Assembly (NCBI GenBank): GCA_963748825.1
Contig: CAVVKN010000023.1
Span: forward strand, 224,001-288,000
Direction of reading: 5' to 3'
DNA length: 64,000 nucleotides
Origin: Methanotrichaceae archaeon
Lineage (GTDB): Archaea; Halobacteriota; Methanosarcinia; Methanotrichales; Methanotrichaceae
In this document: in pieces, positions 44,873 through 55,845 of the stretch
Layout of the letters: each line of letters starts with the position of its first letter
Position numbering within the stretch: position 1 is the first letter of the stretch
Position numbers and translations under genes: made by a program
The notes under the pieces: generated by a model
Told to the model about the DNA's origin: nothing
The model's input: only the letters and a program-made list of their open reading frames with translations
Database searches by the model: none

Positions 44873-45812
44873 TCAATCCATCCCTCCTATCCTATGCTCG
44901 TACCCCCTCGCCTCCACCCGTCTCCTCTCGCCTCCTTTCTCCATCCAGATCCCCGCCTCCACCACCTCGCCAATCACCGTCAGCTCGCAAGCTCGCCGGG
45001 CAGCCTCCAGCATCTCCGGCCTGACTGTGAACACGAGCTCGAAGTCCCCGCCCGCGCTCATCACCATCTCTAGCGCCTTCTCCTGCCCCACCATCTCAGC
45101 TAGGCCCGCGGCCACAGGCAGCGCCTCCTCCTGCACCACAAAGCCCACCCGGCTCACCTCGGCGAGGTCGGAGAGTGAGAGCGCCAGCCCGTCGCTGTTG
45201 TCCATCATGGCCGTGACCGCCCGACTTTTGGCTAGGGCGCGGCCTTCCTCAAGACGCGGCTCGGGCTCCAGCAGTCGCGTGATGAAATCGCTCTCCATCC
45301 CGTGCTGCCAGGCCCACAGGCCCCCGCCCGCGCCGCCCAGCGCGCCCGTGGTGCAGAGCAGATCGCCCGACACGCGCGCCCCTCCTCCTAAGCACCAGAT
45401 CCTTCTCTACAAAGCCCAGGGCCGTGCCGGTGATGGTCAGCTCCTGGTGGCTGTCTGTGTCGCCGCCTATGATTCGTGTGCCGTAGTAAGCGGCGCAGTC
45501 TCCGAAGCCCGAGAAAAGCTCGTCGATGAAGTACAGGTCCGCCTCTGGCGGCAGGCCCGCCGCGATGAGAACGCCCGCTGGCTCTGCGCCCATGGCGGCA
45601 ATGTCGCTCAGGTTCACAGCTACCGCCATCCAGCCCATCTGCCAGGGATTCATGATATCGGGAAAGTCCGTTTTCCGGTGCAGCATGTCCGTAGTAGCTA
45701 CCAGATAGCGCTCGCCTGCATCAATCACGGCACAGTCGTCGTTCTCCACACCGCCCAGGATCTCGGAGATGCGCCGGATCAGCTCTCTCTCACCCAAAAC
45801 ATTTCCCGACAT
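44873..45812 (-). CDS. thiL: Thiamine-monophosphate kinase, frameshift near 45375
   Basis: GERELI, DDCA, NLSDIAAMGA, GGDT, D.SDGL and GGDFELVF motifs. Confidence 0.9.
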
Positions 45813-45886
45813 GAATGCCTGCCCGCCTTCTTCTTGCTGAATCGATCAGAAGGCTAATAAATTTTGAGACTATTACTATCAATACC

Positions 45887-46825
45887 ATGCCCGATTACAA
45901 AAGATTATTTATTCCTGTCCTGGCGCTCCTCCTGCTCCTGCCGCCTTCTGTTGCCGAGACACGGGTCTGCTCCGAAGGGTGCGATTACACTGCCGTCCAG
46001 GCAGCGCTCGATGCCGCCTCCCCCGATGACAAAATCGTAGTGGAGAGCGGAACCTATCGCGAATCGCTGATGATCAGCAAGAATGTAAACCTGCACGGCC
46101 TGGACACTGGCAAGGGAAAGCCCGTGCTCGCACCGGAAAACGGGCGGGTAATCCTGGCCGCCCTAGGCGGCGTCTTGCGGGGCTTTGAGATCGGCGGGCC
46201 GGTCGGCTCGGATGAATCCGGTTCAAATGCTGGCAACTGCACAATAGAAGTCGTCCTTCCCGCCGGCATTTACCTCAATGACTTTGCCGGCAAGAAGAGC
46301 GTCTGCCCGGAGGATGCCACTTCCTGGAATTCCAGTGATGGCATCAACTATCAGTTCAACAGCCGGGTGCTGCGTAGCCGCCTGGGAAACTACTGGGCTG
46401 ACTACACAGGAAAGGATGAGAATGGTGACGGAATTGGCGACCAGCCCATGGTCCTGAACGAAAAAAATATAGACTATTACCCCCTAATACTTCCTGTGGA
46501 CAGCTATCGAATACCTGATGAAAAGGAAACGAAAGTAGAGCTTATTCGCGCCAAGGTGAACGAGCCCTTCACCATCTCTTTGCCGGCCAATCCCTCTACA
46601 GGTTATGAGTGGAAGGTAGATTATGATTATGTCCTGCTCAAACAGGAGAGCGCCCAGTTTGAGAGGGCCTCCGCAGAGACAGTGCGCATGGGCGCTGGGG
46701 GAACTTCCGTCTTTGTCTTCACGCCCATCAAACCTGGCAAGAGCACCATCTACTTTGTCTATAAACGGTCCTGGGAGAATATTGTAGCCGACACGAGATC
46801 CTTCCATGTGGAGATAACTGCCTGA
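45887..46825 (+). CDS. Secreted protein with a NosD/beta-helix-like region and a C-terminal chagasin (I42) inhibitor domain
   Basis: Signal peptide; DYTAVQAALDAA; GNYWADY.G.D.NGDGIGD.P; NPSTGYEW, GAGG and YKRSWE chagasin loops. Confidence 0.85.
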   Translation: MPDYKRLFIPVLALLLLLPPSVAETRVCSEGCDYTAVQAALDAASPDDKIVVESGTYRESLMISKNVNLHGLDTGKGKPVLAPENGRVILAALGGVLRGFEIGGPVGSDESGSNAGNCTIEVVLPAGIYLNDFAGKKSVCPEDATSWNSSDGINYQFNSRVLRSRLGNYWADYTGKDENGDGIGDQPMVLNEKNIDYYPLILPVDSYRIPDEKETKVELIRAKVNEPFTISLPANPSTGYEWKVDYDYVLLKQESAQFERASAETVRMGAGGTSVFVFTPIKPGKSTIYFVYKRSWENIVADTRSFHVEITA

Positions 46826-46957
46826 GCTGACGGGCTTTTATCTCCAAAAAAATTTATAGAACTAGCTCTTAAAGTTTATCAAATAGAAATATCCCACGGG
46901 CCCTAACCGGGTGAAAGCTGCTGGTTTGAGCTTTCGGAAGAGGTGAGGTGGATCTTC

Positions 46958-47203
46958 ATGTTTGGCATATTTTCGTTTATCGGCTGGCTGATCATAGGAG
47001 CTATCATCGGCTGGATCGCAGGAAAGGTTTGGATGGGCCACGGCTTCGGCCTGATGGGAAACATAGTGGTCGGCATTGTGGGCTCCATAATTGGCGGAGC
47101 ACTCTTTGGCGGGCTCTTGGGCACGTCCGGCATAGGTGGCTGGATTACATCCATCCTGGGGGCCATTGTACTGCTAATTATTGCGGGATTTATTAAGAGA
47201 TAG
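46958..47203 (+). CDS. GlsB/YeaQ/YmgE-family membrane protein
   Basis: WLIIGAIIGWIAG...GNIVVGIVGSIIGG pattern. Confidence 0.88.
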   Translation: MFGIFSFIGWLIIGAIIGWIAGKVWMGHGFGLMGNIVVGIVGSIIGGALFGGLLGTSGIGGWITSILGAIVLLIIAGFIKR

Positions 47204-47214
47204 GGTATTTGACC

Positions 47215-47496
47215 ATGGCTGAGATAGGACGGTTAAGGAAAAACGAAACCACTGAGGTTGTGGTACAGAAGACCGAGTTTCACGGCTCAGTGGGAATAGA
47301 TGTCCGCGAGTATGTGACCAGTGAGAGATACACGGGCTGGTCCAAGAACGGAATCAGAATCCCTGTGGAGAAGTGGCAGGATTTCAAGGAGATCTTGGAC
47401 AAAGTGGACAATGCAGACAAAGCAGATAAAGTGGACAAAGCGGATAAAGTAGACAAGGTGGACACGGTTAAAAAGGTGGACAGTGCCGAAAGATGA
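47215..47496 (+). CDS. PC4/Sub1-like ssDNA-binding protein with a DK(A/V) repeat tail
   Basis: EFHG..GIDVREY......KNGIRIP..W PC4 motif. Confidence 0.8.
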   Translation: MAEIGRLRKNETTEVVVQKTEFHGSVGIDVREYVTSERYTGWSKNGIRIPVEKWQDFKEILDKVDNADKADKVDKADKVDKVDTVKKVDSAER

Positions 47497-48298
47497 TCGC
47501 GAGAGGTTTGAAGAAGACTATTGTGACTGGATCCGGCTCATGTCACGGGACGCGGCCTGCCGGCTCTCCGCCCTGCCTCTTCCCGAGCAGAAGAGAATTC
47601 TGAAGGCTTACGAGGACTTCAAAGACCCAGGCCTTGTCTTTCGCGAACTGTCCCAGGCAGAGCGAGTAAGGAGCCTGGCAGGGGAGCGAATTTCCTCCTT
47701 CATCGTAGTAGAAACAAGCTCGATCACCTTCTTTCCATCTGTCTGCAGTCATATTCCCGGCGCGCTTGATTATGCCGTGGCCATGAACAGACGACTTTTT
47801 TGCCGCAACCTGTGGTTTCCGATCATTTCTATTAACTCCGAATATATCCTTCAGAGTCCCGACCACACCCTGGCCTTCGCTCTGGAGCACGAGTTTGAGA
47901 TGAGCCGCATCTATCAGGAAATATCCTCACGCCTGAACGCGATCTCCCCTGATGAAAAACGCGATATAATGATCTCCGCTCGGGAAATCTCCCAAAAGAA
48001 GCTGACGATAACTCCAGAGGAACTGATAGAAGACGAGCGTCTCATGCATCAGCTCTCGCTGTCTTCTCCGCTTCTGCCAAAAGCCTATGCGGAAATGGCC
48101 CTGCTCCATTATCTTGAGGCAAATTTCCCCCGCCTGGAGCCCTTTGGCCAGAAAAGTGCAAGCCCCGAAGAGGAAGCCCTCGGCGAGGAGCTGGCAGAGG
48201 AGTTTTCAAGTTGGTCGGAGTTCTCGGCAAAGACCTATGAGCTTTTCGTGCGGGAGATTGCCGCCAACCAGAGAGATGCAAACCATGGCTACGCCTGA
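47483..48298 (+). CDS. Hypothetical protein
   Basis: 271-aa ORF overlapping the PC4 gene end. Confidence 0.75.
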   Translation: MPKDDRERFEEDYCDWIRLMSRDAACRLSALPLPEQKRILKAYEDFKDPGLVFRELSQAERVRSLAGERISSFIVVETSSITFFPSVCSHIPGALDYAVAMNRRLFCRNLWFPIISINSEYILQSPDHTLAFALEHEFEMSRIYQEISSRLNAISPDEKRDIMISAREISQKKLTITPEELIEDERLMHQLSLSSPLLPKAYAEMALLHYLEANFPRLEPFGQKSASPEEEALGEELAEEFSSWSEFSAKTYELFVREIAANQRDANHGYA

Positions 48299-48378
48299 AA
48301 GCCGGGACTAGCCAGGAAGTATTTATATAGTGATCACCATCAATTCCTGGTCATTACAATCCTTAAGGAGATTTCAAT

Positions 48379-49674
48379 TTGGCAAAATCCGATATCAAAT
48401 CTGAGGCTAGTTCAGATCCCAAAGCCGAGGCGAAGAAGCCTGCGGCCCCTAAACCGGAGGTCAACATCGGCATGGTGGGCCATGTCGATCACGGCAAAAC
48501 CACCCTTGTAAAGTCACTCTCAGGCGTCTGGACCGATCAGCACAGCGAGGAAGTTAAAAGGGGCATCTCCATCCGCCTGGGTTATGCAGATGCAACCTTC
48601 CGAAAATGCCCAAGCTGTCCCGAACCGGATGCTTACACCGTGGAGGAGATTTGCTCCCACTGCGGCACAGAGACACAGGTTTTGCGCACCGTTTCTTTCG
48701 TAGACTCGCCGGGCCACGAAACGCTCATGGCTACCATGCTCTGCGGAGCGGCGATCATGGACGGAGCCGTGCTGGTCATCTCAGCCAATGAGCCCTGCCC
48801 CCAGCCCCAGACCAAAGAGCACCTTATGGCCCTCAACATCACGGGCATAGACAAAATCGTGATAGTGCAAAATAAGATAGATCTCATGTCCAGAGAACAG
48901 GTAATGGAGCACTATCGCCAGATCAAGGATTTCGTAAAGGGAACTGTGGCCGAGAATGCGCCCATTGTACCTATTTCCGCCCAGCAGAACCTCAACGTCG
49001 ACATGGTCATTGAGGCCGTCGAGAAGGTCATTCCAACCCCGCCCCGAGACGTCAAAAAGCCGGCTCTTCTGAAGATTGCTCGCTCCTTCGACATCAATCG
49101 GCCGGGCGCTACCCCCGAAGCCCTTAAAGGCGGAGTCATCGGCGGCTCTCTCAGCCAGGGCGTCATGCATACGGGCGACAAGATAGAGATCTGTCCGGGT
49201 CGACTCGTGGAATACGAGGGCAGGAAACAATGGGTACCCATCCAGACCAAAGTGGTTACACTGCTGGCTGGAAAACAGGTTCAGGAAGAGATCACTCCCG
49301 GAGGCCTGATGGGCGTGGGCACTCTGCTCGACCCCATCATGACCAAGAGCGATGCTCTGGTGGGACAGGTAGCAGGAGCGCCTGGCAAGCTTCCGCCCGC
49401 GAGGTCCTCATTTACCATGAATATGCGGCTTTTGGAGCGCGTCGTTGGAGTCACGGACGAGTCTTCTGTCGAGCCCATCCACTCCAGCGAACCCTTGATG
49501 CTCAATGTCGGCACGGCCACAACCGTAGGTGTTGTAACCAGCGCTCGTGAGGGCGGCATTGTTCAGGTGCAGCTCAAGAGGCCTGTATGCGCCGACAAAG
49601 GTGAACGTGTGGCGGTTAGCAGGCGAATTGGTGCCAGATGGCGTCTCATTGGCGTTGGCACCATAACCGAGTAG
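48379..49674 (+). CDS. eif2g: Translation initiation factor 2 gamma subunit
   Basis: [23 protein letters not shown] and NKID motifs. Confidence 0.97.
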   Translation: MAKSDIKSEASSDPKAEAKKPAAPKPEVNIGMVGHVDHGKTTLVKSLSGVWTDQHSEEVKRGISIRLGYADATFRKCPSCPEPDAYTVEEICSHCGTETQVLRTVSFVDSPGHETLMATMLCGAAIMDGAVLVISANEPCPQPQTKEHLMALNITGIDKIVIVQNKIDLMSREQVMEHYRQIKDFVKGTVAENAPIVPISAQQNLNVDMVIEAVEKVIPTPPRDVKKPALLKIARSFDINRPGATPEALKGGVIGGSLSQGVMHTGDKIEICPGRLVEYEGRKQWVPIQTKVVTLLAGKQVQEEITPGGLMGVGTLLDPIMTKSDALVGQVAGAPGKLPPARSSFTMNMRLLERVVGVTDESSVEPIHSSEPLMLNVGTATTVGVVTSAREGGIVQVQLKRPVCADKGERVAVSRRIGARWRLIGVGTITE

Positions 49675-49675
49675 C

Positions 49676-50086
49676 ATGAAGGCATACATTGATACCAGTA
49701 GCGTAAAGGTCGTCCTCGATACCAACGCATTGATGGTGCCCGAGCAGTTCGGTGTGGACATCTTCAGCGAGCTCTTGCGCCTGGGGTATGCAGAGTGGCT
49801 GGTCCCGGCCTCTGTCCTGGGAGAGCTTCGCTCGCTGGCAACGCGGGCCGACAAAGGAAAAGATAAGATTGCCGCCCGCGTGGCACTGAGTCTGGCTGAG
49901 GGCTGCAATGCCGTTGGGGTGGACAATTATAATGCCGATCAGGCAATCATTGAGCTTGCCCTAGAGACGGGCGCCGCTGTCTTTACTAATGACAAAGCTT
50001 TAAAGAAAAGGTTATTTAGTAAAGGCATCACCGTAGTATACCTGCGCCAGGGGCAATATCTAGAGGCGTCGAAGAAGGAGTACTAG
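49676..50086 (+). CDS. PIN-domain protein (Fcf1/Utp24-like)
   Basis: VVLDTNAL, AD and TND motifs; conserved position after eif2g. Confidence 0.88.
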   Translation: MKAYIDTSSVKVVLDTNALMVPEQFGVDIFSELLRLGYAEWLVPASVLGELRSLATRADKGKDKIAARVALSLAEGCNAVGVDNYNADQAIIELALETGAAVFTNDKALKKRLFSKGITVVYLRQGQYLEASKKEY

Positions 50087-50662
50087 ATGTATAAGAAGAT
50101 GAAGCTTAAGGGTGTGGCCAAGATAGAACCGGATCATCTGGGTGATCCCCTCGAGGCGGCAGTGGACAAGTCACTGCGCGACAAATACGAGGCAGTAGTT
50201 GACAAGTCATTGGGAACCATCGTGGCCGTACTCGGAGCAGATGACATTGGAGAAGGTCACATCCTGGCAGGGGATGGGTCTATTTACTACGAAGTCAATT
50301 TTGATGCCCTCGTCTTTAAGCCCGAGATGCAGGAGATCATCGAAGGCGAGGTAGTGGAGATAGTTAAATTCGGAGCTTTTCTCTCCTTAGGACCATTCGA
50401 TGGCCTTCTGCACGTCAGCCAGATCACCAATGAGTATATATCTTATGATGAAAAGAACGCGCGGCTGGTCAGCAAAGAGTCGAACAAGTCCCTCGGAGAA
50501 GGAGATAAGGTTCGAGCCAGGGTTATAGCCGTAAGCCTGAATGAGAAAGAGCCTCGCGAGAGCAAGATTGGTCTTACCATGAGGCAAACAGGCCTGGGAC
50601 GGCTGGAGTGGCTAGAGGGCAATACCAATGTCGAAGTAAGTGTTGAGGCTGAGGTGAAATGA
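50087..50662 (+). CDS. rpo7: RNA polymerase subunit E' (Rpo7)
   Basis: FGAF..LGPFDGLLHVSQI S1 domain; KIGLTMRQ.GLG. Confidence 0.95.
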   Translation: MYKKMKLKGVAKIEPDHLGDPLEAAVDKSLRDKYEAVVDKSLGTIVAVLGADDIGEGHILAGDGSIYYEVNFDALVFKPEMQEIIEGEVVEIVKFGAFLSLGPFDGLLHVSQITNEYISYDEKNARLVSKESNKSLGEGDKVRARVIAVSLNEKEPRESKIGLTMRQTGLGRLEWLEGNTNVEVSVEAEVK

Positions 50663-50844
50663 CAGAGCAGGCATGCAGAGAATGTCGCAGAATCGTTGAG
50701 GGTCAGGTCTGTCCCATCTGTAATTCAGCCTCGCTCAGCAAGGACTGGAGCGGATATGTCGTGATCATCGATCCCAAGGAATCGATCCTCGCGCAAAAGC
50801 TGGAGATTACCCTTCCCGGCAGATATGCTTTGAAGGTGCGTTAG
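50659..50844 (+). CDS. spt4: Transcription elongation factor Spt4 (RpoE'')
   Basis: ACRECR..CPIC...WSG...PGRYALKVR. Confidence 0.95.
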   Translation: MTEQACRECRRIVEGQVCPICNSASLSKDWSGYVVIIDPKESILAQKLEITLPGRYALKVR

Positions 50845-50846
50845 AA

Positions 50847-51377
50847 TTGCGTCTCCTCCTTCTCCCAGATGAGTTGCGCTCTTCACTGAAAGAGCCATTA
50901 GGAAGGCTATACAAGGGAAACGGTCAAGAGTGCGTAAAGGCCATGGAAAAAGAGCTTCTTTCTGCCAAGAAAGTTGCTGCGATCGGCGATATGACTGCCT
51001 TCTATCTCTTGAAGGCATCCATAGTGCCGGATCTGTTAGTCGTGGACAATAAGACTAAGAGGATTCCGGTTTCCGATGACGTCATAGAGATGCTGGATCA
51101 CGAAAGCTATAAGATAGTAAGAGTAAAAAATCCGGCGGCAACTATCACCAAAGAGCTAATAGACCTTATATCGGAATCTCTGCATGGCACTACGCATGTT
51201 AAGATAGTAGTAGAGGGCGAAGAAGATCTGGCAACGCTTCCTGCCATCCTCTATGCGCCGCTGGGCTCAGTGGTGGTCTACGGCCAGCCCAATGAGGGAA
51301 GCGTTCTGGTTGACGTTACTCCCGAAAGGAAGCTACATATCGAAGAATTCATGAAGCGAATGATTGTGGAGGAATGA
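50847..51377 (+). CDS. GTP-dependent dephospho-CoA kinase (DUF359)
   Basis: VDNKTKR, GEEDL and YGQP motifs; conserved synteny. Confidence 0.88.
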   Translation: MRLLLLPDELRSSLKEPLGRLYKGNGQECVKAMEKELLSAKKVAAIGDMTAFYLLKASIVPDLLVVDNKTKRIPVSDDVIEMLDHESYKIVRVKNPAATITKELIDLISESLHGTTHVKIVVEGEEDLATLPAILYAPLGSVVVYGQPNEGSVLVDVTPERKLHIEEFMKRMIVEE

Positions 51378-51688
51378 AGTTGGATATTCAAGTAATAGAA
51401 GCAAAAAACAACACCATCTTGAATCGGCGGGAGCTTGTTTTCAAGGTTATTCACGATGAATCGACGCCATCCAGAAAGAGCGTTGTGGAGAGACTGGCAG
51501 CAACTCAAAACTCAAAGGTAGGCTTGGTCTATGTGGACAGCCTGAAGACAGAGTTTGGAAAGCGCGAGACCATTGGATATGCCAAGATCTACGAGACTGC
51601 TGAGAGGGCCAAGGAAATAGAGAGAGCTCATATCATTGAGCGCAATACATTCAACAAGCCACAAGAATCCAAGACGGAGGCAAGCTAG
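51374..51688 (+). CDS. rps24e: 30S ribosomal protein S24e
   Basis: N..LNRRE, TPSR, TEFG and GYAKIY motifs. Confidence 0.95.
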   Translation: MKLDIQVIEAKNNTILNRRELVFKVIHDESTPSRKSVVERLAATQNSKVGLVYVDSLKTEFGKRETIGYAKIYETAERAKEIERAHIIERNTFNKPQESKTEAS

Positions 51689-51874
51689 ATGGCTGCCAAG
51701 AAGGGTGCCAAGAAGGGCGCAGTTATGGGAGCCTCTAGATTTTATGAGGTAACCGGCGACTCTATCAAGTCCAAAAAGTCGGTCTGTCCCAGATGCGGCA
51801 ATGGCGTATTTTTGGCCAGCCATGCCGACCGGCAAAGCTGCGGCAAGTGCGGTTATACGGAGTTCAAGAAATAG
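51689..51874 (+). CDS. rps27ae: 30S ribosomal protein S27ae
   Basis: [22 protein letters not shown]. Confidence 0.95.
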   Translation: MAAKKGAKKGAVMGASRFYEVTGDSIKSKKSVCPRCGNGVFLASHADRQSCGKCGYTEFKK

Positions 51875-51984
51875 ACCTGGGGTTACACGGGTCCTGATTA
51901 TTGGACCTGATTTTACTATTTTATTCGATTCACCTTTCGTTTCTACTGCAGGGTATCTATTTAAGGAGAAGATGCACAATTATA

Positions 51985-52851
51985 ATGGGTGTTTGTTTGG
52001 CTGAAATTGGTCTATCTACTTTCATAGCTCTTCTGGTAGCGTTTATTATCTTATCCCAGGCTATAAAGATCGTTCGAGAGTATGAACGAGTGGTCATATT
52101 TCGACTGGGGCGCTTTTCCGGAGTGAAGGGTCCAGGCATATTCTTCATCATCCCCATCATCGATCGCGTAATGCTGCTTGACCTGAGGGTCTTTACCATC
52201 GATGTGGCCAAGCAGGTGGTCATAACCAAGGATAACGTGAGCGTAGAGGTGGATGCAGTCATCTACTACCGGGTGATGGATCCCTCCCGGGCTATCATAC
52301 AGGTAGAAAATTACAAGGTTGCTACCTCTTTGCTGGCACAGACCACCTTGCGAGACGTTCTCGGACAGATTGAACTGGACGATCTGCTCTCCAAGCGCGA
52401 CGAATTGAACAAGAAGCTGCAGGATATTTTAGATCGGCACACTGATCCCTGGGGAATCAAGGTGACCGCGGTCACACTGCGGGATGTATCTCTGCCCGAA
52501 TCGATGAGAAGAGCGATTGCCAAGCAGGCCGAATCTGAAAGAGAAAAGAGGTCACGCATCATCCTGGCCGACGGCGAGTTCCTGGCCTCCAAGACCATGA
52601 CCGATGCCGCCCGGCTTTATGCGGAAGTGCCTGCCGCCCTGAAGCTGCGGGAGCTGCAGACATTGGTCGACATCGCCAGGGAGAAGACGCTCATCGTTGT
52701 CACTCCCAGTGGGGACGCCGGGGCCGGGGCTGTGGTCGGCCTGACGGCCGCTTTGAACCGGGAGCTTTCCGAGAGAGAGACATTCCGAAAAGACGAGGCT
52801 AAGAAAGATGCCTTGAGAGAAGCACAGAGCGAGGCAGGAACCAGGAGATAA
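51985..52851 (+). CDS. Stomatin/SPFH protein
   Basis: EYERVVIFRLG, ITKDNV, AQTTLR and WGIKV motifs. Confidence 0.93.
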   Translation: MGVCLAEIGLSTFIALLVAFIILSQAIKIVREYERVVIFRLGRFSGVKGPGIFFIIPIIDRVMLLDLRVFTIDVAKQVVITKDNVSVEVDAVIYYRVMDPSRAIIQVENYKVATSLLAQTTLRDVLGQIELDDLLSKRDELNKKLQDILDRHTDPWGIKVTAVTLRDVSLPESMRRAIAKQAESEREKRSRIILADGEFLASKTMTDAARLYAEVPAALKLRELQTLVDIAREKTLIVVTPSGDAGAGAVVGLTAALNRELSERETFRKDEAKKDALREAQSEAGTRR

Positions 52852-52858
52852 AAAACCG

Positions 52859-54213
52859 ATGGAGAAGAGCCTGTACTGCTCGGGATTTATGGGGAGAGCG
52901 GGCCCGTCCTCTCCTCCCTGGAGGCAGAGAGGAGCCTCCCTTTTCCTTTTATCGCTATTGCTGTTTTTATTGCCGGCGCTTCCCATCGCTTCCGCCACAT
53001 CTCCGGGCCGGTTTTGGCTGTAGAGCTGCAAGGTCCCATCACACCGGCCAGCGATGACATCGTCGGTGCTGCTTTGCAGGAGGCAGAAGCTGGCGGCTTT
53101 CAGGCTGTGATGCTCCTATTGGATACGCCGGGTGGCGGCCTGACCGAGACCTATGAGATCCTCAGGCAAATGGAAGAGACTGAGATACCCGTCATAGCCT
53201 ACGTCCATCCCGAAGGTGCAGTCGCCTGGTCGGCAGGAACGCTCATCCTGATCAGCTCCGACGTGGCGGCTATGGCGCCGCACTGCATCATCGGCTCGGC
53301 TCAGCCGGTGCGGCTCTCGGCTTTGGGCGAAGCCGAGCCCATCAACGACAGCAAGACCACCAATGCCATCGTGGCCCTGATCGAGGAGAAGGCAAGAGCT
53401 CACGGGCGAAACACGACTGCTGCCAAAGAGTTCGTAGCCTCTAATCTGAACCTGAATTCTGATGAGGCCAAAAATTATGGCGTGATCGAATACATCGCCG
53501 CCTCGCCCGAGAGCCTGGCGAGTCAGATCAACGGCAGCCGTGCCAAGAATACTACCCTGCTCACAGAGGCAGCAACGGTGCAGCTTTTTCAGCCGCCCAT
53601 AAACCTGCAGCTCTTAAGGCTCCTCTCCGATCCGACTCTGGCCGGGCTGCTCATGCTGGTGGGCCTTTATGCACTCATCTTCGGCCTATCCAGCCCCGGC
53701 ATCGGATCGGAGGCCCTGGGCGTGGTGGCTCTGGCTTTAGGGCTGATTGGACTGGGTTTCAATGTGAATATCGGAGCTGTTTTTCTGCTACTGCTTGGCC
53801 TGGGGCTGATTTTGGCGGAGCTGCACAGCCATTCCTTTGGAATTTTGGCCGTGGCCGGGCTGATATGCGTAATAGTCGGCAGCATTCTCTTTGTTCCTAC
53901 CAGCTTTCCCCAGTGGTATGTGCCGGGTAGCTACCAGCAGTCTATGGCCCTGGCCATCATCCTGCCCTCGCTGATCTTGGGCGCATTCCTGGCCTTTGCC
54001 ATTTACAAGGTAGCAAAAGCCCGGTTAGCCCCGCCGATGCTGGGCCACATTGTCGGTGAGGAGGCGCAGGCCATTGACAGGCTGGACCGGGAGGGCTACG
54101 TGCTCTTTCAGGGAGAGTACTGGCAGGCGAATGCGGAGGACACAGTAGAGAAGGGCGAGATAGTGGTGATCACCGGCAAGGATGGGGCCAGGCTGAAGGT
54201 GAAACGGCGATGA
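52859..54213 (+). CDS. nfeD: NfeD/STOPP membrane serine protease, signal peptide in another frame (indel near 53010)
   Basis: LDTPGG, AWSAG, IGSAQPV, DSK; TM region; C-terminal OB fold (GEYWQA). Confidence 0.88.
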
Positions 54214-54241
54214 GATTAGAAAGAAGTTATTCTGAAGAGGT

Positions 54242-55507
54242 ATGAAAAAGATGTGCAAGATTTGGACCATAGCCCTAATTGCCTTATTGGTGACTGTAAA
54301 TTGCGTCAGCGCCGGTATGGTAAGCCTGGCTTATGATGACGGCATTCCTGAAGACGGCGTTTGGATCGATGAACCAAATGGACATGCAGTAGTCTTCACA
54401 GCACCGACCGATAATTGGAGTCTGAACCGGTTGGCTGTTTTTGGAATGCTCGCCCCGAAGCCCAAATCAGAGCTATTTGTGGTTGAGGTCTGGGATCAGA
54501 ATCTGAGTCTTCTCTCCAGAACGACCGATAAAGCGAGTTCGTTCTTCGCTAGCAACCTATCCTGGTCTCTGATTGACATCCCGGAGGTCAAGGTATCTGG
54601 TGATTTTCTTATCACCTTCTTTGAGTTTGGCGGAGTATTTCTTGGAGTTGACACGGCCCCCTCATCCGGAAGGTCCCTATTAGTGGCCAGAAATCCCAGC
54701 AGGATACTTAATTGGAGTGTGCAAAACCATTCGCAAAACCGGACCAACTGGATGATCCAGGTGGTCGGACACTCTCCAGAGCCCGGCCTAGCCCTCGAGA
54801 TCCTCTCCGATACAGCCGGCGAAAAGAGCCCCGCAAAAATACGGGCGAAGGCTACAGACCACGATGGCAATCTCAAGAGCGCCACGCTTTACGTTGTAGA
54901 CAACAAGACCAGAGAGATCGTCTGGTCGGAAGTAAAGGAGATGAAGGGCAGCAGCTCTGAAGCGGAGTTCTCCTGGTCGGCATCCATGTCCAGGATTTCG
55001 GCAAATGGCCAGGATGATGGCGTTTTATTCGTGATCAATAATCTGGGTGTTATGGAGAATTTGAGTAGTTTGCTAGCCTACTCTGCCCCCTGCGTCCTTC
55101 TGCTGGATAAGAACGTGAACCTCACCGCCCGAGCTTATTTCGGAGAGGATGGGCAGTTTAATGCATTGATAGATGCGTATGGATTCTCTCATTACCTGTC
55201 ACAAGATGTGCTGAATATCACAGCGCCTGGCATCGATTACGAGAAGTTCGCTACGAATAATATTACCATAATCAAAGATAAGAGCAAGATCGGCTTTATC
55301 AATATGAAGGTTCCCATCAGGCAAAATGAGCAGGCATCGGAAATAATCGGGCCGATAGTGCTCTCAGGCACTCCATCTTCCAATTACGATCTCAAATTAC
55401 TGCGATCGAATGCTGGGATGGGTGAATATATTGCCATAGTCAAGGTAGAGGATCTTGCATTCAACGAATTGAGCGACATCGGGGACAGGGCAATCAGGGT
55501 GAAATGA
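54242..55507 (+). CDS. Secreted hypothetical protein
   Basis: Signal peptide; N-terminal domain resembles 1293..2000. Confidence 0.78.
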   Translation: MKKMCKIWTIALIALLVTVNCVSAGMVSLAYDDGIPEDGVWIDEPNGHAVVFTAPTDNWSLNRLAVFGMLAPKPKSELFVVEVWDQNLSLLSRTTDKASSFFASNLSWSLIDIPEVKVSGDFLITFFEFGGVFLGVDTAPSSGRSLLVARNPSRILNWSVQNHSQNRTNWMIQVVGHSPEPGLALEILSDTAGEKSPAKIRAKATDHDGNLKSATLYVVDNKTREIVWSEVKEMKGSSSEAEFSWSASMSRISANGQDDGVLFVINNLGVMENLSSLLAYSAPCVLLLDKNVNLTARAYFGEDGQFNALIDAYGFSHYLSQDVLNITAPGIDYEKFATNNITIIKDKSKIGFINMKVPIRQNEQASEIIGPIVLSGTPSSNYDLKLLRSNAGMGEYIAIVKVEDLAFNELSDIGDRAIRVK

Positions 55508-55530
55508 TTTCAGGGCTACCATCTGGTTTT

Positions 55531-55626
55531 GGTCATGATGCAATAATTGGTTGACGTTTTGATCGCCGACTAATGCTTACGATCATGGTCAATCCAACTC
55601 TGGGATTGCTTTCGGACAAATCCGCG
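55531..55626. repeat. ~95-bp dispersed repeat, copy 2
   Basis: Matches 6211-6306. Confidence 0.75.
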
Positions 55627-55845
55627 TGTTATGACGCTATGACCTTTGGCAGATCGGCAGATCTAAATTCCAACCCATAATTGATCCACTACCGAATTGC
55701 ATAATATTACAAATAAGTATCTCAAATACTGATTTTTAAATCATTAAGCAAACTCAAAAACCTTAAATAGTTTCAGTTGCCGTAGAATCTTAAAAAATTT
55801 AAAACGCCTGCGATTTTCTTGAATGGCGTTATTGGAGGAATGCGG

